From positions 1,120,001 through 1,184,000 of the forward strand of contig CBDFGR010000003.1 in the NCBI GenBank assembly GCA_965247115.1: a stretch of 64,000 nt of DNA, in the 5' to 3' direction. Each line of letters opens with the position of its first letter. The stretch's first letter is position 1. The notes under the pieces were generated by a model, which did not search any database, was not told where the DNA came from, and saw only the letters and a list, made by a program, of their open reading frames with translations. A program made the translations under genes and the position numbers. Origin of the DNA: Myxococcota bacterium (GTDB taxonomy: Bacteria > Myxococcota_A > UBA9160 > SZUA-336). Shown piece after piece: positions 30,777-40,889 of the stretch.

Positions 30777-31740
30777 TCAGTCCGACCCCGAGCTCTGCAT
30801 GCGGCGGCCGAATCGGTCGATGTATTCCAGTTCGATGCCCTGCTCTTCGATGATCCGGTCCACCGCTTCGATGAGCGGCGCGGGATCGACGGGGGTCAGT
30901 TGGTGGAGGTGATCGGGCCGGTCCAGGGCGTCGTTGATCTTGAACGCGTCGGGTGCGGTGTCGTTCAGTTCGTCCCACGTGATCGGCATCGCCACTGGGG
31001 CGCCTTTCCGCGCCCGCAACGACCACGGCGCAACGACGGTGGCGAGCCCCATGTTGCGCATCCAGTCGATGAGGACCCGGCCCCCTCGGTTCTCCTTGAG
31101 GAACTCGTTCGTCAGGAGGTCGGGATGCCGTTGCAGCAGGATCGCGGCGAGTTTGTGGGCCGTCCGAGTCATTGACTCCGTGGGGAGCAGACGCGCGCAC
31201 ACGTGGTAGCCCTTGCTGCCGGTGGTCATCGGCGTCGTCTCGATGCCGAGCTCATCGAACAGCTCCTTGCATGCCCACGCTGCCTCACACGCACCCGCGC
31301 CACCTCCTTCGGGGGGATCCAGGTCGATCACGAGCCGATCCGGCCGCCACGAGTCGTGTTTCGTCGCGAGGGGAATGTGGAATTCGATCGTCGCCTGGTT
31401 TGCGAGGTACGCCAGCGCGTCGGCGGTCGTGGCCGCGGGGTGCACGGTCACCCCCTCCCGACGGGGCATCTCGATGCGGCCGATCAGATCTCTCGGGTAG
31501 TGCTTCGCGACGTTCTTCTGGAAGAACCCCTTCGCGGCGATGCCGCGCGGGTGGCGGACCAGGGTGAGGGGTCGGTCCAGCAGATGGGGGAGCATGTGGG
31601 GCGCGACCCGATAGTAGTGCGCGACGACGTCGCCTTTGGTCACGCCAGCCTCCGGGAAGAGCACGCGGTCCGCGTTCGAGACCGTGACAGCGGGCCTGGC
31701 TTGCTCCCTGCGGGCGGCTCCTACCCTGGCCCGGATCCGG
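30777..31740 (-). CDS. ligD: LigD-type primase-polymerase (NHEJ Pol domain); true start not visible
   Basis: VSNADRVLFP..GVTKGD, FFQKN, LVIDLDP, TTGSKGYHV, IDWMRN, APWSLRAR. Confidence 0.85.
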
Positions 31741-33217
31741 CCGTCCTTGATGGCCCGCGGGCAAACCGAAACGCCAGCTTGCTGTCGTAGCGGCGGCTGG
31801 GGAAGAGCTCGGCGAACGCAACCTCCACCACCAGCTCCGGGCGGACGTAGACCGTGATCTCGTCCCGGTGCGTCTCCAGTTCGAGCAGCCGCGCTGTCTG
31901 CCAGCCGAGTATCTCGTCGGTCATGCCCTTGAAGGTCTTCCCCAGCATGACGTAGGTGTCCGTCGCTTCGTCGCGGACGCCGAGGTGGAGGTTGCTCAGC
32001 AGTCCCTCCCGTCGGCCGTTGCCCCACTCCGCTCCGAGCACGACGACATCCAGGGTGTGGGCCGGCTTGATCTTGAACCAGTGAGCCCCTCGGCCGCCGG
32101 CCGTGTACGTCGATTCCGGGTCCTTCGCGACGACCCCTTCGTGGCCCCGATCGAGAACGTCCTGGAGAAACGCGGAAGCCTCCTCAGGGTCTCCCGTGAG
32201 GAGGCGGCGCACGCGATTGGGGGGCTTCGTGATCCGATCCAGCGCCGCCAGGCGGATGTCGATGGGGCGGTCGATGAGCGAGACACCGTCGGCCATCAGG
32301 CAGTCGAAGAAGACCGGCGTGACGGTGGGGTACTCGCCCGGCTCGACCACCGGGGCGGCGGACTTCCGGCCGAAGCGGTCCATCGCCGCGCCGAAACCCA
32401 GCGGCGCCCCGCCCGCAGCGAACCGCATGATCTCGCCATCCAAGATGATCCGGTCCACGGGCAGAGCTCGTGCGTACGCCACGATCTCCGGAAGCGACGG
32501 TGTCATCCAGCGCAACGATCGGCTGTACAACTCCACCCGATCGCCCTGGCGGTGGAGCTGGAGGCGCATGCCGTCCAGCTTCTCTTCAAAGATGAGGGCG
32601 GCCTTCTTCGTGAGCGCGTCGCCGGGGGTGTCGGCGGTCTGGGCGAGCATCGGGAGGACCGCTCGGAAGAGTTTCAGATCGATTTGCCGAAGCGCTGCCT
32701 CCCCGCCGTTGAAGGCCGCTACGGCGACCGCCGGAAGCTCTCCCGATAGCATCGCGGCGCGGCGGACGACGTCGCCCGCAACGCCGGCCCCGGTCGCGAT
32801 CCCTTCGATGATGACGCCGCCCAGCGCGCCCTGCCGCAGCTCCCCCGCGAGCAGCCCCACGAGGAACCGCTGCTCCGCTTCAGTCGCCTCCCTGAGGAGA
32901 TCGTGCAGCAGCCGCTCCCGAACCCCCAGCGACCCCGACCCCGTGGCCTCCTGCACCGCACTGAGGGCGCGGTCCACGTCCTCGACCGTAAGGCCCGGCA
33001 GTTCGGATGCTGCGACGCCCTTGCCGTACAGATGCGCGCGTCCCTTGCTGATGCCGATGCGGCCCTGGAGCAGATCGCCGGACATCCACGCGACGATGGT
33101 GCGGAGTTCGTGGGCTGTGCGCCCCTGCAGGAGGCGTGCGATCGCCCCGATCTTGGTGGTCCGCGACCGGGTCGCCTTGAGCTGTTCGGAGACCTCGACG
33201 ATCTGGTTCAGGAGCAC
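31721..33217 (-). CDS. ligB: ATP-dependent DNA ligase (LigB type), C-terminus apparently truncated
   Basis: PMLAQ, EEKLDG, LDGE, FFDC, EGVVAK, WFKIK, RFAR. Confidence 0.9.
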   Translation of the reverse strand: MLLNQIVEVSEQLKATRSRTTKIGAIARLLQGRTAHELRTIVAWMSGDLLQGRIGISKGRAHLYGKGVAASELPGLTVEDVDRALSAVQEATGSGSLGVRERLLHDLLREATEAEQRFLVGLLAGELRQGALGGVIIEGIATGAGVAGDVVRRAAMLSGELPAVAVAAFNGGEAALRQIDLKLFRAVLPMLAQTADTPGDALTKKAALIFEEKLDGMRLQLHRQGDRVELYSRSLRWMTPSLPEIVAYARALPVDRIILDGEIMRFAAGGAPLGFGAAMDRFGRKSAAPVVEPGEYPTVTPVFFDCLMADGVSLIDRPIDIRLAALDRITKPPNRVRRLLTGDPEEASAFLQDVLDRGHEGVVAKDPESTYTAGGRGAHWFKIKPAHTLDVVVLGAEWGNGRREGLLSNLHLGVRDEATDTYVMLGKTFKGMTDEILGWQTARLLELETHRDEITVYVRPELVVEVAFAELFPSRRYDSKLAFRFARGPSRTAGSGPG

Positions 33218-33220
33218 GGG

Positions 33221-34216
33221 TCAGTCCAGAGCGACGATCTGGCGCACGCAATCCTCTGGGCCCAGGTCTCCCTCGAGCAGGCCGTTCAGGAGGTCGACGA
33301 AGGGCGCGGCGAGGCCCTCCGCCCGCGCGCGCTCGGCGAACATGTGGGTCGCGCGGACGCCCTCGCTCACCATGTGCATCTCTTCGCGGGCCTCCTCCAG
33401 GGACTTGCCCCGGCCGAGCTTCTCGCCCATCGTGCGGTTCCGCCCGTGTGGAGAGGTGGCCGTGACGAACAGGTCTCCGATCCCGGCCGGGCTGAGCGCG
33501 GTCTCCGGTTGCGCGCCGAGGTGGGGCAGGAGCCCGCAGCCCTCGCGGTAGCCCGCGTTGAAGGCGGCCGCCTTCAGGTTGTCGCCTCCCAGCCCGAGCT
33601 CCTTGAGCCCGTCGACGACGCCGCAGGCGAGCGCGATCACGTTCTTGAACGCGCCCCAGAGCTCGGCACCGTGCGGGTCGTGGGCAGCGTGCAGGCGCAG
33701 CGTCGGAGCAGAGAGCGTCTCCACCAGCTGCTCGGCGATGCCCGGCTCCCGACTCGCCACGAGTGCCGTGCTAAGCACGCCCCGAGCGACCTCGGCCGCG
33801 ATCGTCGGACCCGTCAGCACCGCAAGGGAGTTCTGGCCGCCTACTGCCTTCAGCCTGACCTCGATGGCCTCCGAGACCAGCTGGTCGCCAGGGGCGAGCC
33901 CCTTGGCGACGTCCACCAGGATGTGACGCGGGTCAAAGCGGGGCGCCAGGTCGTCCACCACGCCCAGGATGACGCCCGAGGGAACAGCGAGGATGAGGAT
34001 GTCGGAGTCCTCGAGGACCTCGTCCGCCTGCATCGATACACGCATTCCGGAGAGGTCGACCCCCGCCAGGTATTTCTCGTTCACCTGTCGCTCTGAGATG
34101 GACTCGTAGACCTCGTCCTCGATCGTCCAACCGCTCACGGTGCGGCCGTCCATCAGCCAGACCTTCGCGAGCGCCGTTCCCCAGTTCCCGAGCCCCAAAA
34201 CCCCAATACGCGCCAT
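33221..34216 (-). CDS. gpsA: NAD(P)H-dependent glycerol-3-phosphate dehydrogenase
   Basis: GLGNWGTALA, GPTIAAEV, GAFKNVIALACG, GIGDLFVT, RNRTMG. Confidence 0.93.
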   Translation of the reverse strand: MARIGVLGLGNWGTALAKVWLMDGRTVSGWTIEDEVYESISERQVNEKYLAGVDLSGMRVSMQADEVLEDSDILILAVPSGVILGVVDDLAPRFDPRHILVDVAKGLAPGDQLVSEAIEVRLKAVGGQNSLAVLTGPTIAAEVARGVLSTALVASREPGIAEQLVETLSAPTLRLHAAHDPHGAELWGAFKNVIALACGVVDGLKELGLGGDNLKAAAFNAGYREGCGLLPHLGAQPETALSPAGIGDLFVTATSPHGRNRTMGEKLGRGKSLEEAREEMHMVSEGVRATHMFAERARAEGLAAPFVDLLNGLLEGDLGPEDCVRQIVALD

Positions 34217-34307
34217 GGAACCTACTTAGCACGTCTCACTGCCCGACGGGGCCGTCCTATAGACGGCGGTCAGCGATCGGTGCTATGACCGATTTGGAGA
34301 GAGGTCC

Positions 34308-36170
34308 ATGTCGATCCACGTAGATCCCGTTACTGGTTTGAAGACCTTTGACACTCGAGCCTCCAAGGCGAGCGAGAAGATCGCTGGCAAGGGGTACTCG
34401 GTAGTCAGCGACGCGTCGCTCACGACGCTCCCACCATCTCCCCCCGGTTCGGTATTCAACGCGGAAGAACAGGCGAAGTACCGCGAGTTCAAGGAAGCGA
34501 GACGGGGAGCTGCTGACTACATCGCGATGGAAGGCGATTTCAGTAGATACCTCGAGGATGTGTACTCAGCAGATCCTGTGCCCAGAGATGCGCTGACCGA
34601 CGAGTGCGAGATCCTTGTGGTCGGAGCGGGTTTTGCGGGCCTCTTGCTCTGGCACAAGCTTCGCAACGAAGGTTTCGAGGATGTGCGCTTTTGCGAGAAA
34701 GGAGGGGATGTCGGAGGAACCTGGTACTGGAATCGATATCCTGGGATCGCCTGCGACGTTGAGTCCTACAGCTATCTCCCGTTGCTTGAGGAGATGGACT
34801 ACATGCCGACGATGAAGTTCGCGTCGGGATTCGAGATCATGGAATACTGCCAACGCATGGCGGAGAAGTTCGGCTTTTACGAGCACTGCCTCTTTCATAC
34901 GACGGTCGAAAAGACAGAGTGGGATGAGACCGCGGGACGATGGACCGTCATGACCGATCGTGGCGACAGAATGCGTGCACACTTCGTGATACTTGCGAAC
35001 GGCATCCTGACAACTCCGAAACTGGCCAGAATCGAGGGGATGGAAACGTTCGGTGGCGACTCGTTCCACACATCTCGGTGGGACTACAGCATCGATTTGA
35101 CAGGCAAGCGGGTGGGCATCATCGGTACAGGCGCAACCGCCGTCCAAGTCATTCCGGAGATCGCCAAGGTCGTAGAGGAGCTCTCCGTCTTTCAGCGCAC
35201 TCCCTCCTCCATCGACGTACGCGATCAGCGCGAGACGACAGAGGAAGAGATCAAGACCTGGTCCCGGGAGCCTGGCTGGGCAAAGGCCAGACGAGCGAGA
35301 TTCTCGAAGATCTCACAGGGCCGCACCGCCATCAAAGCGAACGACGACTATCTGGCCGGCAAGGTCCCAGACTTCAAGAAGCGCAAACAGCACGCGAGAG
35401 CAATCTCGCCTGAGGAGCTGATTCAGAAGCAGTTGAACAGCAATTTTCGCATCATGGAGCAGATTCGTTCCAGGGTCGATGCCATAGTCGAGGACCCGGC
35501 AACTGCCGCAGCGCTGAAGCCGTACTATCCCTACGGCTGCAAACGGCCAACCTTTCACGACGAGTACCTGCCGACCTTCAACCTGCCCCACGTGACGCTC
35601 GTCGATACCGCGCCTCGCGGCGTAAGCCAGATCAACGAGCGAGGGGTCGTGCACGATGGGACGGAATATCCGCTGGACGTCCTGATCTACGCAACCGGGT
35701 TTCTGTGGATGGCAACATCGACGTTCAACATGATCATTGGACGTGACGGCCAATCCCTACAGCAGAAGTGGCAAACGGAAGGCACCAAGACGTTTCTTGG
35801 GCTTCACAGCAATGGCTTTCCGAATCTGTTTATCGTGTCAGGCCCCCAGGGAGGTGGCGGAAGCTTCAACTTCACGGATGCGATCGAGAGGCATGGCGAC
35901 TACATCGTGTGGATGCTCAAGACGATGCGAGACCTGGGTGCTGACATCGTCGATGTCAAGAAGGAGCCCGAGAACGAGTACGCGGAGCACTGCCGGATCG
36001 TGGACATGAACACTCGACCTCTACGGGATTGCCTTTCCTACTACAACGGACATGGAGAGGCCGAGCCCGGAAGCCTGGCTTACTACGGCGGAGGTCGCTG
36101 GCACAAGTACCGCGTCAAGGCTCAAGAGACACGTGATCCCTACATGTTTGAGAGTCGGCCAACCCGATGA
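34308..36170 (+). CDS. Baeyer-Villiger / flavin monooxygenase
   Basis: GAGFAG, GGTWYWNRYPG, FGGDSFHTSRWD fingerprint, GTGATAVQ, ATGF. Confidence 0.93.
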   Translation: MSIHVDPVTGLKTFDTRASKASEKIAGKGYSVVSDASLTTLPPSPPGSVFNAEEQAKYREFKEARRGAADYIAMEGDFSRYLEDVYSADPVPRDALTDECEILVVGAGFAGLLLWHKLRNEGFEDVRFCEKGGDVGGTWYWNRYPGIACDVESYSYLPLLEEMDYMPTMKFASGFEIMEYCQRMAEKFGFYEHCLFHTTVEKTEWDETAGRWTVMTDRGDRMRAHFVILANGILTTPKLARIEGMETFGGDSFHTSRWDYSIDLTGKRVGIIGTGATAVQVIPEIAKVVEELSVFQRTPSSIDVRDQRETTEEEIKTWSREPGWAKARRARFSKISQGRTAIKANDDYLAGKVPDFKKRKQHARAISPEELIQKQLNSNFRIMEQIRSRVDAIVEDPATAAALKPYYPYGCKRPTFHDEYLPTFNLPHVTLVDTAPRGVSQINERGVVHDGTEYPLDVLIYATGFLWMATSTFNMIIGRDGQSLQQKWQTEGTKTFLGLHSNGFPNLFIVSGPQGGGGSFNFTDAIERHGDYIVWMLKTMRDLGADIVDVKKEPENEYAEHCRIVDMNTRPLRDCLSYYNGHGEAEPGSLAYYGGGRWHKYRVKAQETRDPYMFESRPTR

Positions 36171-37111
36171 GCTTCAAGATGATTCTCCTCCGGACCGGCG
36201 CCGTCCAGGACTGGTCGCGAGACGTCGAGGAGGCTGTGCCTGGCGCCTCGGTACGGGTCTTCCAGACACCGGCGGAGGCCATGGGAGCGATCGAAGATGC
36301 GGATTGCGTTTATGGGTCACTGCCACCGGAGCTCCTCGCGCGTGCGAAGAAGCTACGCTGGATCGCGGCGCCCCTAGCCGGTCTCGGCGGCAGCTGGTTC
36401 TACGACGAGCTCGTGAAGAGCGACGTCGTGGTGACCAACATGGCCGGCAGCTATAACGAGCACCTCTCCGCCCACGCAGTCGCCTTCCTCCTCGCGTTCT
36501 CCCGTGGCTTCGACTACTACCTTCCGCTCAAGAGGTGGGAGCAGGGTCCGGCACCGACCGACCTGACGCAGCAGACGGTGCTGATCGTCGGGGTCGGTGG
36601 CTCTGGTCGCGAAGCTTCGAAGCAGTGCGCCGCGTTTGGACTGCGGGTGCTCGGCTGTGAACCGCGCCCCTCCGACCTGCCCGAGGGCATGGCCGAGCTG
36701 TTCACGCCCGACAGCCTCGCCGGTCGGATCGGCGAGGCCGACTACGTCCTCGTGACCGTGCCGGAATCGCCTGACACGTTGGGTATGTTCAATGCCGCTC
36801 TCTTCGCCCAGATGAAGCGCGGCAGCTACTTCATCACGATCAGCCGTGGCCGGGTCGCAGTCACAGCCGATCTGATCGAGGCCCCGCGCTCCGGGCACCT
36901 CGCCGGCGCGGGCCTCGACGTGGTCGATCCAGAGCCCCTGCCGTCGGACAGCCCCCTCTGGAGCATGACCAACGTGCTGATTACACCCCACGTCGCGATC
37001 GCGGGCGCCCCCTACCTCGACAGGTGGCGGGCGATCCTTCTGAACAACTGCCGTCGCTTCGCAAAGGGCGACCCCCTGCTCAACGTCGTGGACAAGGAGA
37101 AGTGGTTCTGA
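36167..37111 (+). CDS. D-2-hydroxyacid dehydrogenase
   Basis: GVGGSG, ISRG, AGLDVVDPEPLP, TPHVA. Confidence 0.88.
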   Translation: MSFKMILLRTGAVQDWSRDVEEAVPGASVRVFQTPAEAMGAIEDADCVYGSLPPELLARAKKLRWIAAPLAGLGGSWFYDELVKSDVVVTNMAGSYNEHLSAHAVAFLLAFSRGFDYYLPLKRWEQGPAPTDLTQQTVLIVGVGGSGREASKQCAAFGLRVLGCEPRPSDLPEGMAELFTPDSLAGRIGEADYVLVTVPESPDTLGMFNAALFAQMKRGSYFITISRGRVAVTADLIEAPRSGHLAGAGLDVVDPEPLPSDSPLWSMTNVLITPHVAIAGAPYLDRWRAILLNNCRRFAKGDPLLNVVDKEKWF

Positions 37112-37560
37112 GCATCTGAGCGCTCCCAGCGGTCGGATTCGCTTCTCAGCACGCCCGTACAGCGTGCTAGGACGCCCCATCTCCACTCCCTGAGCAATGC
37201 GAACGCGCAAGTTCGCGCTGCCGGTGGCCGGGTCCCCGTCACCGCTCTCGGCGATTGCAACCCTCTGCGTCCAGCAACGCTGCCCTCCGAGACGCCCGTC
37301 AAGAGGACCGCGGTGCAGACCGATACCGAAGTGCGCCAGAAGTGGGCGCACGCGCCGCGACTGGGGACACCTCCGACCGGAATGAGCCAGCGATGACCAT
37401 CACCGCCTATTTCGCAAGAGGGCCAAATGCGTACGTGCTGCACATCTGAGACGAGAGAGCCAGCATTGATCAGATCCTTCGCGCGATAGCCGACAAGTAT
37501 CAACTGTCGACACGATCGTGATGTTGGACTGGTTCGCGACCATGGCGAAAGACATGACGC

Positions 37561-39525
37561 ATGAATGTTGAGCAACCCAATTCGGATGAATCGCAAACCA
37601 CCGAAGCGCTCGTTCCCATGGTGGATTTGTTCGCCGTGCTTGCGCTTGTATTCATGATCTATTCCAGCGACGAGATCGCCATAGCCAAACTGGAGACTGA
37701 GAACCAGATACAAGAGATAGTCGCAACTGCAGAGCGGGAGATTGTAGCCAGAGTTGAACAGGACAGTGTAGAGACAATCAACACGCTTGTAGCCAGAGCC
37801 GCACAGGACAGCGAAGCGAAGATACGCGAGCTCGAACTGAAGATCGAAGAGGATGCCAGAGCTCGGGCGACGTACGCGGATATGTCGTTAGAAGCACTCC
37901 TAAAACAACGTGAGGCAAAGACACAGGAACTAGCACGGGAAATTGCTGAGCTATTGACCCTTGAAGACAGTCAAGCCGCAATTGAATATGAAGGCCTTGT
38001 ATCTGGCATCGCGTCCAAGCACGACGAAGCACTGGAACAGCAAGAGGCTGCGCTGCAGCAAGCACAAGAGCAGGAACTGGCAGAGCAGGAGGTTATTCTG
38101 GAGGCAAACAAGCAGGAGGCGCTGGAAGCTCAAGAGCTACAGCATGCACAGGTGGTTGCAATTGCCATAACGGAACTGACCCAAGACAAAGCACGAGCTC
38201 TGTCAGAGGAGACGCAGAAGACCCACGAAGCACTAGCCAACCAGGCATCGGAGTTGGAGGAAGACAAGCAACACGCGCTGGTGATGGCTCAGCTAGAACA
38301 CGAGGAGGACCTTGCATCGACGGTAGACGTACTCACCGAGGATAAGCTCGAGGCGATGGCAGCAGCCGAACAGGAGACACTCGCGGCGCTAAGAGTACAG
38401 CAAGAGAGTTTGGAGAAGCAACGAGAAGAAGAGCTAGCCCGGGCAATAGAGGACATTTCCTCCGCGGAGAAGCAGCTTGAAGTAGTGCAACAGGCGCTTG
38501 GCAGTGCCGATCAAGATCGAGAGCAAGCCTTGTCCGCTCTGAGCACCGCAAAGGACAAGTTTGCCGAAACGCTTGCAGCCCAGGAAGCAGAAGCGGCGAG
38601 AGAGACGCAGACGGCATTAGCGCAAGCAGCACAAGTACATGATGCCGACCTGGCAGCACAGGCATCGGCGATGGAAGCTCACGCAGCATCACAGCTAGCT
38701 CAGGCAGCGGCTACATTTGTTGAGACACTGGAAGCTGCAGAATCCGGCTTGGAGGCAGAGAAGGCCCAAGCATTGGCAATGGCTCAGCAAGCACACGAAG
38801 CCGAGCTGGCCCGACAGAACTCTGCTCTTGAGCGAGAGAAGGCTCGGGAGCTAGGCGCGGCAGAAGGAGAATTCGCTGCGGCACTGGCAGCTACAGAGGA
38901 ACAGCTGGAGCGGGAAAAGGAATTGACGGCCGACGTAAGGAAACAGCTCGCCGAAGCCAGGCAGAGGATTGTCGAACAGCTAGCTCACAACTTCAGAGAC
39001 GTGTTTGACGATTCAGCCGTGGAGATTGACGAAAAGACAGGACGAGTAAAACTCAACTTTCAAGAGTCATATTTTGTGCGGGGATCCTTTGAACTATCAG
39101 AAGACATGAAAGAGTTCCTGAGAGTAGTGATTCCCAGATACGCAAGAAGCATCTACGACAATCCGGAGGCAGCGAAGTATATCGAGTCTCTCAAGATCTC
39201 TGGGATGACATCGCCCGTCTATCGGGGGAGATATGTTGATGTCAGCGATACATCGCCTGCGACAGCAAGAGCACGCCAGTTCAATATGTCACTGAGTGAG
39301 AAACGCGCGCTCGTCATGTACAACTTCATCTTTGATGAGAATGAGATGGGTGACTACGAGTATCGCGAGCGGATGAAAGCAGACATGTCCACTTCGGCGG
39401 TGGGCTACAAGAATGCGAAACCGGTTCCAGCTGAATTGGTGGGCAACATTGCAACATGCGAAGAGTACGACTGCAGGCAGGAGCAGGCAACGATCTTGCA
39501 GTTTAGTGTGTATTCGGAAGAGTAA
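37561..39525 (+). CDS. MotB/ZorB-like protein: TM helix with Asp, very long repeat coiled coil, OmpA-like C-terminal domain
   Basis: LVPMVDLFAVLALVFMI; A/E/Q-rich 26-aa repeats; GRVKLNFQESYFVRGSFELS...LKISGMTS...FNMSLSEKRA...SAVGY. Confidence 0.75.
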   Translation: MNVEQPNSDESQTTEALVPMVDLFAVLALVFMIYSSDEIAIAKLETENQIQEIVATAEREIVARVEQDSVETINTLVARAAQDSEAKIRELELKIEEDARARATYADMSLEALLKQREAKTQELAREIAELLTLEDSQAAIEYEGLVSGIASKHDEALEQQEAALQQAQEQELAEQEVILEANKQEALEAQELQHAQVVAIAITELTQDKARALSEETQKTHEALANQASELEEDKQHALVMAQLEHEEDLASTVDVLTEDKLEAMAAAEQETLAALRVQQESLEKQREEELARAIEDISSAEKQLEVVQQALGSADQDREQALSALSTAKDKFAETLAAQEAEAARETQTALAQAAQVHDADLAAQASAMEAHAASQLAQAAATFVETLEAAESGLEAEKAQALAMAQQAHEAELARQNSALEREKARELGAAEGEFAAALAATEEQLEREKELTADVRKQLAEARQRIVEQLAHNFRDVFDDSAVEIDEKTGRVKLNFQESYFVRGSFELSEDMKEFLRVVIPRYARSIYDNPEAAKYIESLKISGMTSPVYRGRYVDVSDTSPATARARQFNMSLSEKRALVMYNFIFDENEMGDYEYRERMKADMSTSAVGYKNAKPVPAELVGNIATCEEYDCRQEQATILQFSVYSEE

Positions 39526-39551
39526 GCCGCTTATTGGGTTAGAGGGTCAAC

Positions 39552-40601
39552 ATGTTCAAGTACATAGTCGTGGTACTGCTGGTGCTGGTATCATATTTCG
39601 CGTTCCTTTATGACGCTGCGCTGACTAACGAGTCGATCGGAAATCTGTTCATAGCGGGCATAATGGCTTGCTTTCTTCTATTTTCGGTCTTCAAGTTCGG
39701 TCTGCACTACAAGATATCCGCGATAGATAGGTTTGCAGTGGCGTTCTATTACTCTGTGTTTGAGTACAGGAAGGCTCAGAAAGAACCTACCCACCTGAGT
39801 TACGTAGACAGCGTAAGGGAACAGGCGGAGGTCGCCCTCGCCGCCAGCTTTGATCCTTCAATGACGACTTCCTCTCCCGGGGCGGGTTCGTCGCCCTCCG
39901 GCAGGAGATGGACGCGGCCCCTCAAGATTCCTGTCACACTCTATTCGAGGAAAGTCAAGGATCCCTTCCTGGACAAGTTGCGGGCCAGGATTCACGAAGC
40001 GAAGGGAATCAAGCTCCAAGCGCGGCAACTCGAAGGCAAGGCGAACGTACTCTTGGGAAAAGCCGAAGATATGATGGGCATCGTTGAAAAGGAGAGAGCC
40101 TCTGGCTCACTACTGGATCGAAGGTTCGAGATAGAAGACGGTATGGCGCATATCGTAGACTTGACCGTCGATGAACTCATGGAACAAAGTTACGACCAGA
40201 CGCCGGACTATGACATCATCACCCGCATCGCACTTGATAACAATCCATACTTTACAAGTACCTATAGATATTTCTCCTCGGAGAACGTGGTCGCCATCCT
40301 GTCTCGGGCGCCGTTCATGGTAATTCTGCTCGGGATCATCGGTACCTTTGCGGGCTTCTATCTGGCACTGGGTCAGGGGGGAGATATCAAATCGGGAGCT
40401 TCCGTGGCGATTGTCAGTTCGCTGGTTGGTCTTCCGGTTTCGTTGCTTATGGATTACATGAACACGCTGTTTCCAGATAGAGGTCGCTACCAGCAGGCGT
40501 TCAATAAGTACAAGGTAAGTCTGGAAATGTTGTTCAACCACGAAAAAGAGCTCAATGCTGTCCCGGCAGTCGGGGGAGGTTCCCGATTGGTCCGAGACTG
40601 A
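39552..40601 (+). CDS. MotA/TolQ/ExbB/ZorA-like ion-channel subunit
   Basis: Two N-terminal TM helices, a soluble domain, then APFMVILLGIIGTFAGF...AIVSSLVGLPVSLL channel hairpin. Confidence 0.72.
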   Translation: MFKYIVVVLLVLVSYFAFLYDAALTNESIGNLFIAGIMACFLLFSVFKFGLHYKISAIDRFAVAFYYSVFEYRKAQKEPTHLSYVDSVREQAEVALAASFDPSMTTSSPGAGSSPSGRRWTRPLKIPVTLYSRKVKDPFLDKLRARIHEAKGIKLQARQLEGKANVLLGKAEDMMGIVEKERASGSLLDRRFEIEDGMAHIVDLTVDELMEQSYDQTPDYDIITRIALDNNPYFTSTYRYFSSENVVAILSRAPFMVILLGIIGTFAGFYLALGQGGDIKSGASVAIVSSLVGLPVSLLMDYMNTLFPDRGRYQQAFNKYKVSLEMLFNHEKELNAVPAVGGGSRLVRD

Positions 40602-40889
40602 AACTCTATTCTCCACTCCGACCCATCGCCCTAGAAGCTCCCGAGTAGCCTCGCCACTCTTCCCTAGCCAACGGCCACAGTGGATTCGGCGGCCGGCATC
40701 GCTTCCGTAGCCAGATCCTCCCGCCGTACATGCGCTGATCGCCGAAGGTCGCGGAGCAGCCGCAGCCGGATAGGTTGCTGATGCTGTGGTAGCTTTTGAC
40801 GTTGAAGCGCCGTCCCCATCAGCTGCCTTCGCGGGGCAGCTGAACGCACGATCCGTGAGGCGGCACGAAGCGAATCCGGAGGAGCTCCG

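Noticed and set aside
37561..40601. Calling the motor pair a complete Zorya system or a flagellar stator
   Set aside because: No zorC/D/E or flagellar genes nearby, gene order is reversed and the A subunit lacks the ZorA tail.
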